Assembly (NCBI GenBank): GCA_022009935.1
Contig: CP091731.1
Coordinates: 1,222,212-1,286,211, forward strand
Source: Candidatus Melainabacteria bacterium
GTDB lineage: Bacteria > Cyanobacteriota > Vampirovibrionia > Gastranaerophilales > Gastranaerophilaceae
DNA: 64,000 nt
Direction: 5' to 3'
Under the pieces are notes generated by a model, which was not told the origin of the DNA, did not search any database, and was given only the letters and a program-made list of their open reading frames with translations. Positions 1-8,023 of the stretch are shown piece by piece. Made by a program: the position numbers and the translations under genes. Positions within the stretch are counted from its first letter, which is position 1. Each line of letters starts with the position of its first letter.

Positions 1-443
1 TGAACATCAGCCGCGTATACTTCCTTAAATTTTTCAGGCTCTTCTTTTGCTAGGATAACTACATTGCGAAGCCCTGTAATATTCCCCTCATAAACTTGTG
101 CATCAATCCCCAACTCATTATTTTCTATGTACTTAACAAGTTGTTTTGTATTCATAGTAGCAATGCTACGGGTGTTTATTTCTTTACCGCTTAAGTCTTC
201 AATATTAGTAACAGCATAAGTTCTGACAGTTTTAAAGTTTGGATACTTCTTTTTCATCATGTGATAAATACTATCGCATTGTTTGATAAGGCTGGTTTTA
301 AAAATTGATAGGGCGTTTGGATACACTTGTGGAAAAACTACTTGTAATTCATAGTCTTTCACTTGCTCTGATTGTTCTTTGTTGCCTGTGTAATATTGTC
401 CGGCAAAAGTGTATTTTACACCATTATTTTTCGTACTTGTCAT
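1..443 (-). CDS. hypothetical phage protein (N-terminal part; gene runs off the left window edge)
   Basis: Uninterrupted minus-strand frame from position 1 to ATG at 441-443 (MTSTKNNGVKYTFAGQYYTGNKEQSEQVKDYELQVVF...). AGGAG lies about 9 nt upstream. Missing from the ORF track only because no stop lies inside the window. Confidence 0.5.
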   Translation of the reverse strand, partial: MTSTKNNGVKYTFAGQYYTGNKEQSEQVKDYELQVVFPQVYPNALSIFKTSLIKQCDSIYHMMKKKYPNFKTVRTYAVTNIEDLSGKEINTRSIATMNTKQLVKYIENNELGIDAQVYEGNITGLRNVVILAKEEPEKFKEVYAADV

Positions 444-460
444 TTTTGAGATCTCCTAAT

Positions 461-476
461 TTTTTGTGTTCGACAA
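461..476 (-). promoter_or_regulatory. phage 16-nt box TTGTCGAACACAAAAA (copy 1, minus strand)
   Basis: Exact 16-mer, 17 nt upstream of the ATG at 443. One of five copies, all just 5' of start codons in the element. Confidence 0.5.
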
Positions 477-1225
477 AATTATACTTTTATTTTCATTATT
501 AAACTTTTTAAAAAACTTATCAATATTTTTTTAAGTTTCTTTGAGTTACGTTCATTAGCGTGATATTAAAGTTTAAATTTTTTTGGTGGTGTTTTTTTAT
601 TAAGTCCCCAACCTACTTTTGTTCTAAAAATAACATGGTTATAAAAAACAGAGGGGCCCCCACCTGATAAACGGCCACGAGGCCACGGGGTCGCTATAGG
701 GGTAAAAAACAAGGGGCCCCTTAGCATTTCGGCATTTTTTCTTTAATAAACTGTTCACGTTTTTGCATCCCATTTTTACATAATGGGAAAAATAACTAAA
801 AACCTTGTTACACAAAGATTTACACCGTTTATATGTTTTTAGATATATAACAATTGTTCTAAATAAAAAGCGCTGTTTTATGGCATTTTAGTAAATATTT
901 TCTATCATTAAGAATTATACCGATAATAAAAATTATGTAATACAAAGAATTGGGGTTAAAAACATATAACAAACCATTTTAAACCTGTTAAAACGGATTT
1001 TGAAGCGCGCAATTTTTTAACAAGCGGCTAATACTATCAAGTATGTATATACTAACAATACACATTTGAAAGCAAAACTATTTTTTAAAAAGATAAACAT
1101 AATCAAGGCAAAAAAGTTAAAAACATAAAAACGTGTGAAAAATTATTTTCAACCTTCAACGATTAAAAAAGCAACAATAAAAAAATAATCGCATAAAGAA
1201 AACATCACTTTCAAGCCTTAAAAAA

Positions 1226-1576
1226 TTTTCTTACCTCATTACCCCAAGTAATTTTAAGTGGGTGTAAGACCTAAAAACCAATAATATTAAGCATTTATTA
1301 TAGTTTCTTACCATCTTACCCCTGATATATAAAAAATAAAAAATAAAAAAATATATTTATCTCTCTATATATAATATACTATATAATAATATATTATTAT
1401 ATATAATATAATGTAAGATAGGTAATATATATATATAAATAGTTATTATTATTGGGTTTCAGGTCTTACCCTTTTTCTTACCCATTGGGCTATTTCTCAC
1501 CCGATTTTGGGGTGAGATTTGATTAATATCAAGACATATGTCTTTACACAGTATGCGGGATGAGAAGGGTAAGAAT
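1226..1576. other. candidate replication origin / iteron region of the element
   Basis: CTTACC(C) iterons at 1230, 1307, 1315, 1465 and 1477 (forward) and 1264 and 1568 (reverse). They flank a ~120-bp pure A/T block (about 1325-1450). Hairpin TCTCACCC-N6-GGGTGAGA lies near 1494-1516 and palindrome AAGACATATGTCTT at 1531-1544. Confidence 0.35.
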
Positions 1577-1706
1577 GTTAAAACATAACTACCATTTTTT
1601 AACAAGGTTTAAAATTACAAAAACACAAAGGCCATCACCCCCAAGGTCCTTTACTTTATATAAGTTTATATAAGTTTATATGCGTTTATCAGAATTTATA
1701 AAAGTA

Positions 1707-1735
1707 TTGACAATAAACAAATGTTTTTGTATTAT
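1707..1735 (+). promoter_or_regulatory. sigma-70-type promoter (TTGACA-17-TATTAT)
   Basis: TTGACA at 1707-1712, 17-nt spacer, TATTAT at 1730-1735. No ORF follows before the terminator at 1851-1915. Confidence 0.45.
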
Positions 1736-1741
1736 AAATTA

Positions 1742-1915
1742 TGTTATAAATAAAAATAAATATAATAAAATACAAATTGTGTGTTTGTTTTATGCTTGGT
1801 GTAATCGGTTATAATCCGGCTAGTGTGAAATAAACAGGTTAAATAAATTTAAAGCACAAAGTTATTTTATAATCGGTTATAATCCGTTTATAGTATAACT
1901 TTGTGCTTTTTTATT
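1742..1915 (+). ncRNA. candidate phage small RNA (promoter-to-terminator unit without ORF)
   Basis: About 170 nt between the consensus promoter and a 15-bp stem (1851-1865 / 1895-1909) followed by a T-run. Contains two copies of AATCGGTTATAATCCG. Prediction only. Confidence 0.3.
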
Positions 1916-1973
1916 ATATAGTTTTTTATTAATAACAAAAAAAGTACGCAGAGTAAAACCCCACGTACAAAAA

Positions 1974-1989
1974 TTGTCGAACACAAAAA
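1974..1989 (+). promoter_or_regulatory. phage 16-nt box TTGTCGAACACAAAAA (copy 2)
   Basis: Exact 16-mer. Followed only by a 9-codon ORF (ATG 2001). Confidence 0.4.
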
Positions 1990-2070
1990 AACGAGAAAAA
2001 ATGGAACAAGCCCATTTTTTGCGCTTTTCGTGATTAATTACATAATAGCATGCTTATATTAAAAAATCAA

Positions 2071-2100
2071 CGTTAATGAACGTTAATGAACGTTAATGAA
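2071..2100. repeat. 3 x 10-nt perfect tandem repeat CGTTAATGAA
   Basis: Three exact head-to-tail copies in the non-coding region downstream of the XRE gene. Confidence 0.8.
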
Positions 2101-2267
2101 TAATAAAACATGTTGTATGTATAAAGTGCAAAAATTATGATAGTGCTGTTTGTACATTGAAAATTTAATAAAAGTAAGAACATACATATAATGAATTTGT
2201 AAAAAAGCTTGTGTAAGTGGGAAAATATTCACACACACTTGCGCAAGCTTTTTACTCACACATTAAT

Positions 2268-2510
2268 TCAGTTAACTATTTTATCCCATATAATTTTATA
2301 GTTTAATAACTCAGCTATTTCTAACACTTCCGCATACTTAATTGAGCCGCGTTTAAGTTTTTGTGAAAAGCTTTGCGCACTTTCAGGGCGACCACATTTT
2401 TTTGTTATCAGTTCTGCTAACTGCGTTGCACTTAATCCAGAAGCCGCGATAACCCCTCTTAGTTGATTTTCAATAGCCTTTGCTCTTTCGGGTTGTGTAA
2501 TAGGTTTCAT
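2268..2510 (-). CDS. XRE-family helix-turn-helix regulator (repressor-position gene of the element)
   Basis: Intact 80-aa ORF with GAGGA SD. HTH-like segment SATQLAELITKKCGRPESAQSFSQKLKRGSI. Divergent from the early + strand operon. Confidence 0.65.
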   Translation of the reverse strand: MKPITQPERAKAIENQLRGVIAASGLSATQLAELITKKCGRPESAQSFSQKLKRGSIKYAEVLEIAELLNYKIIWDKIVN

Positions 2511-2526
2511 TTGTCCTCACTTTCTA

Positions 2527-2544
2527 GGTGATAACTTAATCACC
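2527..2544. promoter_or_regulatory. palindromic operator candidate GGTGAT-N6-ATCACC
   Basis: Perfect 6-bp arms just upstream of the XRE gene SD, in the divergent control region. AACATTATC is also repeated at about 2603 and 2635. Confidence 0.35.
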
Positions 2545-2623
2545 TTTATATTTATAGTAAATGATAAAGTTTAAAAAGTCAATGCTAATATTAAGATTTG
2601 TAACATTATCATTAATGATACGC

Positions 2624-2652
2624 TTGACATTTTAAACATTATCGTTTATTAT
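2624..2652 (+). promoter_or_regulatory. early rightward promoter (TTGACA-17-TATTAT)
   Basis: TTGACA at 2624-2629, 17-nt spacer, TATTAT at 2647-2652, 22 nt upstream of the ATG at 2675. Confidence 0.5.
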
Positions 2653-2674
2653 TTAAACATAAAGGTTATTAGGA

Positions 2675-2848
2675 ATGCAAAAAACTAATTTAAAAGAGTT
2701 AATAAAGCAAGTAAACCGGTACTCGATAAAAATCACGACAACGACCGGACAAACAACGGTCAATGCATCGGATTTTCTCCGAACCGGATTGATTAACCTT
2801 GGTAAAAAAGAAAATGTTTTAAATATTAGTTATTACAAAAAAAAGTAA
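2675..2848 (+). CDS. small hypothetical protein in the cro position (57 aa)
   Basis: ATG at 2675 and TAA at 2846-2848 (MQKTNLKELIKQVNRYSIKITTTTGQ...). First ORF after the rightward promoter. Below the ORF-track size cutoff. Confidence 0.35.
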   Translation: MQKTNLKELIKQVNRYSIKITTTTGQTTVNASDFLRTGLINLGKKENVLNISYYKKK

Positions 2849-2871
2849 AAAAGGAAAGTGAGGAAACAAAA

Positions 2872-3129
2872 ATGGTAAACTATTTTACGAATTGCAAAAA
2901 CGAAACAGAATTAAAAGCAACTTACAAACAACTTGTTAAGAAGTACCACCCGGACATTTACGGAGAAAAAGGCAACGAAATTTTAAAAGAAATTCACAAT
3001 CAACTCGAAAAAGCCGTTAAAACTGCTATAAAAGACAGAAACACATTTTTTTCTGATTATATTAATACTGATATAGCGGAAACTCCGGAAGAGTTGGAAC
3101 GTAAAAAAAGAATTATTGCAAGAGGCTAA
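2872..3129 (+). CDS. J-domain (DnaJ-like) protein
   Basis: ELKATYKQLVKKYHPDIYGEKGNEILKEIHNQ contains the HPD tripeptide of J domains. GAGGA SD. Confidence 0.7.
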   Translation: MVNYFTNCKNETELKATYKQLVKKYHPDIYGEKGNEILKEIHNQLEKAVKTAIKDRNTFFSDYINTDIAETPEELERKKRIIARG

Positions 3130-3603
3130 AAATACACGTTCCCGGAAGGTGCCCTGTTTGCTTTATATTGGGAAAACGGTTTAAAGCCTGCAAACCACCG
3201 TAACCCACTAACTAAACATAATTTTAGCGGCTGGAACGTTTGGAATTTTGAAATAAAAAAAGACTTGAAAGCGGTTATACTTCCTGCTTATGGTCAACTT
3301 TTGCTCAATACAAAACCGCTAAAAATTCAGTTAAAAAGGGCGAAAAATCAACTTATTTAACTTTAGCTATTTTCAGCAAGCAAAAAAGAAGACGACGAAA
3401 GCGACGAGCCACAAAAAACAAAAGTTTATTATAAAGGTTATAGCGTTTTTAATTCTGAACAAACTAGAACAAGCGAAAGCGACGAACCCGCAGCAATTCC
3501 AGAAGTTAAACAAATCCCAATGAAAAGACTTCAAAAGATTATCAACAAAAACATTAAATCTATGGCAAGAAAAATATCAAACAATAGCGTAAACGGGGCA
3601 TAG
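3130..3603 (+). CDS. ArdC-like (DUF1738-type) ssDNA-binding domain protein, frame-disrupted, no start codon of its own
   Basis: NPLTKHNFSGWNVWNF... then, after a frame change, GYTSCLWSTFAQYKTAKNSVKKGEKSTYLTLAIF...YKGYSVFNSEQT. This matches the ArdC N-terminal pattern as I recall it. The first part is in the same frame as the J-domain ORF across TAA 3127-3129. Confidence 0.45.
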
Positions 3604-3639
3604 CTCCCACCCTTACGGGGCCGGAAAGGATTTTAAAAA

Positions 3640-4294
3640 ATGTTTGAAAAAGAAATAAACGACATCATGAGCAAATACAAAGAGTCTTTAAAACTCGTTA
3701 ACAAATTATAAGAAATCTATAACCCGTATGAATACGGAACCAAAAAATGGGACGATATTTTTTATCTTGATATAAGAATTGAAAGCCCCGAAAATGTTAA
3801 AAATAGAGCGTTTAACCTTTTAAATAGTATTATGACTTCAAGAGAATTAAACTATAATTTAAAAGAAAAAAAGACACTTCAAGAGCCGGAAGAATTAGCA
3901 AGAATAATAAAGCGTGTAGGCGTGCAAGATTTTTTGAATCAATAACACGATATAACGCATGGGGTGAGCAACGCGGCAAAGAATGGGAATTTATAAAAAA
4001 CAGATATATTGAATTGCGTAGCAGCTCATATCGTAATATTAGAATTTTAGAGGCTTTACAAGTTCTTAAAACGGGTGAACCTTTGATCGTGCGACAAAAA
4101 ATAAAATTGATAATGTTGATGCCGGGACCTTTATTTTTCACGGGTGCAAAATTCAATTATTTAAAAATGGGAAAATGATTATAGAATTTTCTGACGCTGA
4201 ATTTTTAAAAGAATTTAAAAAGCAATATGAAAAGGGCGTTACAAAGTCCCGCGAGCGTTACGAACTTGAAAGAAAAGCAAGAATGGAGGCATAA
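3640..4294 (+). CDS. hypothetical phage protein(s), several frame changes
   Basis: ATG at 3640 after GGAAAGGA. Coding-like segments in three frames (MFEKEINDIMSKYKESLK..., YNAWGEQRGKEWEFIKNRYIELRSS..., GTFIFHGCKIQLFKNGKMIIEFSDAEFLKEFKKQYEKG...) end at TAA 4292-4294. Confidence 0.3.
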
Positions 4295-4295
4295 C

Positions 4296-4444
4296 ATGAA
4301 AAGACTTGAAATAAAATGTATATTGACATTGACGAAAGCAAAACAGACGCGGAAGACATTACAAAAGCATTACAAAATGATTTTGAATTTTTAATAGAAT
4401 GCGACGTTAAAAGAGTTGATTTAATAGACGAAACAGAACAATAA
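4296..4444 (+). CDS. small acidic hypothetical protein (frame change)
   Basis: ATG at 4296 directly after the preceding stop. The reconstructed reading is ...DIDESKTDAEDITKALQNDFEFLIECDVKRVDLIDETEQ*. Confidence 0.25.
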
Positions 4445-4473
4445 AACCGCTGATGAGTCTTTGAAAATTAAGA

Positions 4474-4500
4474 CGAAACACCCCTCGGGGTGTTCGGTTT
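4474..4500 (+). terminator. intrinsic terminator candidate
   Basis: GAAACACCCC-TCG-GGGTGTTC stem followed by GTTT. Confidence 0.5.
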
Positions 4501-4527
4501 ATAAAATGTAAATAGGAGAATGAAACA

Positions 4528-5097
4528 ATGGCTAAACAATACGTGTATAAACTTAATAAAGGAGCAGATTATTTTATTAATCAAAAATGGTTGACGGATA
4601 AATCTATGATAATAAATAGATATTTATTGACAACTAATTCTGAACTACTTAACGATAGGTTGAAAACCAATGAAAGTTTTAAATATACTAGTTTACATGG
4701 GATAAATAAAGATATTCAAGTGTCCGACTTAGATAAAATTGTGTATCAATCAAAATCACTAATCAAGGATGACAATAAATTAATAAAAACAGATTTAAAA
4801 CTTGATATATGCAAAACAACATGTAATATATTCTTTAATACAGTTCAAAAACATTTTATTTTTGTTGATATCACTTATATAAATCTATTTGAAAATATTG
4901 CAAAACAATTAAAAGCCGATATAGCATTTTATAACAGTACCCCATTGGGTACCATTGCTGTTTTATTCAACCAAAAACAAGTGGGTATTATTATGCCTGT
5001 ACAAAAGAAACAGGGTATTCTACCTTCGGATTTGGTTGTAATATCGAATGGGGATATTAAAGATAGTGACTTAAAAAATAAAATTATTATATTATAA
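4528..5097 (+). CDS. hypothetical phage protein (189 aa)
   Basis: Intact ORF with AGGAG SD. No family recognised. Confidence 0.55.
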   Translation: MAKQYVYKLNKGADYFINQKWLTDKSMIINRYLLTTNSELLNDRLKTNESFKYTSLHGINKDIQVSDLDKIVYQSKSLIKDDNKLIKTDLKLDICKTTCNIFFNTVQKHFIFVDITYINLFENIAKQLKADIAFYNSTPLGTIAVLFNQKQVGIIMPVQKKQGILPSDLVVISNGDIKDSDLKNKIIIL

Positions 5098-5110
5098 GGA
5101 GAAGGAAACC

Positions 5111-5269
5111 ATGTATACTATTTATGACTTTGAAATTGAGTACGATACCGCACAAGGTAAATATTATTTATTAAAAAATTGTGGTGATTTAATTAAATCT
5201 TTTTATGACACGTGGTCATTAAAAGAGTTTTTAATGGATGAGTACGGGCTAATAGATTGCACAAGTTGA
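5111..5269 (+). CDS. small hypothetical protein (52 aa)
   Basis: ATG at 5111 after AAGGAGAAGGA. MYTIYDFEIEYDTAQGKYYLLKNCGDLIKSFYDTW... Confidence 0.35.
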   Translation: MYTIYDFEIEYDTAQGKYYLLKNCGDLIKSFYDTWSLKEFLMDEYGLIDCTS

Positions 5270-5297
5270 AAGCGCAATATATAACGCTTAGTATAAA

Positions 5298-5313
5298 TTG
5301 TCGAACACAAAAA
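5298..5313 (+). promoter_or_regulatory. phage 16-nt box TTGTCGAACACAAAAA (copy 3)
   Basis: Exact 16-mer, 21 nt upstream of the ATG at 5335. Confidence 0.5.
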
Positions 5314-5334
5314 ACGAGAAAAGAGAGGGAAAAT

Positions 5335-5475
5335 ATGAAAAACGTTGTAATTTTTATTCTATTGATATTTATTTGTTATTTAGTTATAGGACTCGAAAAT
5401 GTGAATAACGAGTTAAAGCAGGTACAAGAAGAATGTTTAAATTTGCGTATATGCATAGAAGAGGGTATTGTTTAG
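5335..5475 (+). CDS. small membrane protein (46 aa)
   Basis: MKNVVIFILLIFICYLVIGLENVNNELKQVQEE... has one hydrophobic helix. SD GAGAGGG. The ORF-track start at 5257 lies upstream of the box and is less likely. Confidence 0.4.
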   Translation: MKNVVIFILLIFICYLVIGLENVNNELKQVQEECLNLRICIEEGIV

Positions 5476-5507
5476 AATTTATATTTTTTAACAATATCAG
5501 ACGAGGG

Positions 5508-5541
5508 CATCCGTAACAGTTTTTTAAAACTGTTACGGATG
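5508..5541 (+). terminator. intrinsic terminator candidate (perfect 15-16 bp palindrome)
   Basis: CATCCGTAACAGTTTT / AAAACTGTTACGGATG followed by TTTCAT. Confidence 0.55.
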
Positions 5542-5596
5542 TTTCATATTACTATAAAAAATTTACTGGGTATATAAAAGTAATGGAGGAACCAAT

Positions 5597-5954
5597 ATGG
5601 CACAAAAGGATTATGGGGCACAACGACAGGACTATAAAACCCCGACAGGCATTAAACTAGACGGTGGCAAGCCAAGAGTTGCGGAAATGATACAAGATTT
5701 TTCAATCCCGTTGCAATATGTAGCAAAAGTATGGGCTTTTTGGGGCCGATAAATACTCAAAAGGCAATTGGAAATGGGTAGAGAACGGTTTTGATAGATA
5801 CAGTAATGCCATGGTAAGGCATTTAATGGCAGAAATAGACGGTCCCGGAGTTGATAGTGAAAGCAAATTATTACACGCGGGCCACGTTGCATGGAACGCT
5901 TTAGCTAGATTGCATTTTTTACTTCGAGCACAGGAGGTGGATAAATGCGAATAA
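5597..5954 (+). CDS. DUF5664-like phage protein (dNTP pyrophosphohydrolase-like domain), one frame change
   Basis: ...KLDGGKPRVAEMIQDF...VWAF(G)ADKYSKGNWKWVENGFDRYSNAMVRHLMAEIDGPGVDSESKLLHAGHVAWNALARL. The family name is from memory. The break is at the T5 run 5737-5741. Confidence 0.45.
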
Positions 5955-7184
5955 GAAATGTACTAAGTCTCTTTGACGGTATGCGTTGGCGGTGCTATTG
6001 CTCTTGAAAGAGCGGGGATAACTTACGATAAGTATTTTTGTAGCGAAATTGACAAATACGCCAGAAAAAATTGAAACAAGAATTACCCTAATGCTATTGA
6101 GCTAGGGGACGTAAACAACTACGACATGTGGGAGTTTATAGACGGTTTTTCATGGGATTCCATAGATCTACTTATCGGCGGAAGTCCATGCCAAGATTTG
6201 AGTATAGCAAAACAAGATAGAAAAGGGTTAGAGGGCGAACGTAGCGGACTGTTTTGGACTTATGTAAAAAATTCTTGAAAAGGCTAAACCAAAATACTTT
6301 TTACTTGAAAATGTAGCAAGTATGAGAGATTGCGACAGGGATAAGATAAGCGAAATATTAGGCGTTGAGCCTATTATGATAAATTCCGCACTAATGTCAG
6401 CTCAACAACGTAAAAAGGTATTATTGGACTAATATTTGGGTAACACAACCGAACGACAAGAAAATTTTTCTACGAGATGTAATAGAAAGTGGTAACGCGT
6501 GGAGTCATAAAGCATACACACTTACGGCTAGTTATAACGCGTGGAGTCATAAAGCATACACACTTACGGCTAGTTATAACGGCGCGTGTTTCCCGCACGA
6601 CTTTTTAAGAAAACAAAGACAAATGATAGCGGAGCCGATACCATGTGCCATTAGAACATGGCCACGTAAGAAAACAGAGGGCGTTCCTCGAGTATCACGT
6701 CCAGAAATAAAACATGACGGTAAAGCCCATAGTCTTACATCAGTAGATAAAGACGCTATGGTAATGTTTCAATTACCAAGAGGCAAAAAATAAGGGCGGA
6801 ATCCACACAGACAAAGCCCCAACAATGACGGCTAACTCATTGGGAATATAACAATTTGCTATTTGATACACCTGACCGTATAGGGAATGTCGGCAATAGT
6901 AGATCACAGGGTAATCGTGTTTATTCTGTTCGTGGTAAAAGAGTATCCCTTAGTGCGAACGGGGGCAAGGGGCTAAGACTGGTTTATATAAAATAGATTT
7001 ACCAGACGGTGATTATATTGTTAGAAAATTAACTCCGCTTGAATGTGAACGTTTGCAAACTGTACCAGAGGGGTACACAGAGGGCGTAAGTAACACGCAA
7101 CGTTATAGAATGTTAGGAAATGGTTGGACTGTTGATGTTATTGCACACATTTTAATCGGTATAAATTTAACAGATCTTGTTTAA
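5945..7184 (+). CDS. DNA (cytosine-5)-methyltransferase, several frame changes
   Basis: C5-MTase motifs in order: SLFDG...GG, GGSPCQDLS (PCQ), LLENV, SAQQRKR.YW, and C-terminal RKLTPLECERLQTVPEGYT...QRYRMLGNGWTVDVI. Confidence 0.8.
6499..6582 (+). repeat. 42-bp in-frame tandem duplication inside the methyltransferase variable region
   Basis: GTGGAGTCATAAAGCATACACACTTACGGCTAGTTATAACG(C/G) occurs at 6499-6540 and 6541-6582 (41/42 identical). It duplicates AWSHKAYTLTASYN. Confidence 0.85.
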
Positions 7185-7202
7185 CATTTTTAACAAAACC
7201 CC

Positions 7203-7231
7203 TTGCAAAAATTATAAGATATGGGGATAAT
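7203..7231 (+). promoter_or_regulatory. promoter TTGCAA-17-GATAAT ending 8 nt before the ATG at 7240
   Basis: TTGCAA at 7203-7208 and GATAAT at 7226-7231. No SD between the -10 element and the start codon. Confidence 0.35.
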
Positions 7232-7239
7232 ATGTATAT

Positions 7240-7683
7240 ATGAAAAGATGTTTACTTGCTATTTTAATTTTATTGTTATCGCAACAGGTCTTTGCGGATG
7301 GGAAGATACACAGTGCTAACGATTGGAGTGAAAACTGGTGCCAAAAGCATTTAGAAAAAGCGGAAAGTTTAATGGCACAACCTACCAATAACCCTATAAA
7401 AAAGACATGGCGTAAAATTGTTCTTTGGGATGCTAAAAATGCAGTAAAAGCCCAAGGGGTATTGGCGCCGAGCGTTGCAAGTGCAGAAGAATTTAATAAA
7501 ACACTGACAGATAGTATTGGTACCGACACAGGTTTTTACTACTTGCTTTTACAAAATGCTGTTAGTGATGCAATAAGAATGAGCAGGCCTTTATATATAC
7601 CACAAACACGTTATGGGATAATACACTATCCGCATATCGGTGAAACATACACATACGAGTATACCCAATACATACCATATTGA
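7240..7683 (+). CDS. secreted hypothetical protein (signal peptide), moron-like
   Basis: Intact 147 aa. MKRCLLAILILLLSQQVFADG is signal-peptide-like. Sits between the MTase and the replication genes with its own promoter. Confidence 0.55.
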   Translation: MKRCLLAILILLLSQQVFADGKIHSANDWSENWCQKHLEKAESLMAQPTNNPIKKTWRKIVLWDAKNAVKAQGVLAPSVASAEEFNKTLTDSIGTDTGFYYLLLQNAVSDAIRMSRPLYIPQTRYGIIHYPHIGETYTYEYTQYIPY

Positions 7684-7762
7684 TTTTTGTAAATCTTAAT
7701 TTTAGTACTTGACAAAACTTTATGTGCGTGGATAATAGTTTATATAGGTTTTTAAGCCTATT

Positions 7763-7778
7763 TTGTCGAACACAAAAA
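7763..7778 (+). promoter_or_regulatory. phage 16-nt box TTGTCGAACACAAAAA (copy 4)
   Basis: Exact 16-mer, 29 nt upstream of the ATG at 7808. Confidence 0.5.
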
Positions 7779-7807
7779 TAGAATTTAACTTTTCGGAGGT
7801 AGAGAGA

Positions 7808-8023
7808 ATGGCGCGAATTATAAACGGCGTTACCCACTATTTGTCTTCTGAAATGGCCAAACTAAAAGGTGGAACATGTTCTGCATGGAGTCATTATGCA
7901 AGAACAGGAAAGATACCGGCCATAAAATGGATTGACGGCAATTGGTATTTCGATCCACAAAAGGTGGACGCATTAGCAATAGCGAATAAATATGTGGAGT
8001 GGCCAAATGGTGACACTAAATAG
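7808..8023 (+). CDS. excisionase/MerR-type HTH DNA-binding protein
   Basis: ATG at 7808 after GGAGGT. THYLSSEMAKLKGGTCSAWSHYARTGKIPAIKWIDGNWYFD fits the excisionase-family HTH pattern. Confidence 0.5.
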   Translation: MARIINGVTHYLSSEMAKLKGGTCSAWSHYARTGKIPAIKWIDGNWYFDPQKVDALAIANKYVEWPNGDTK

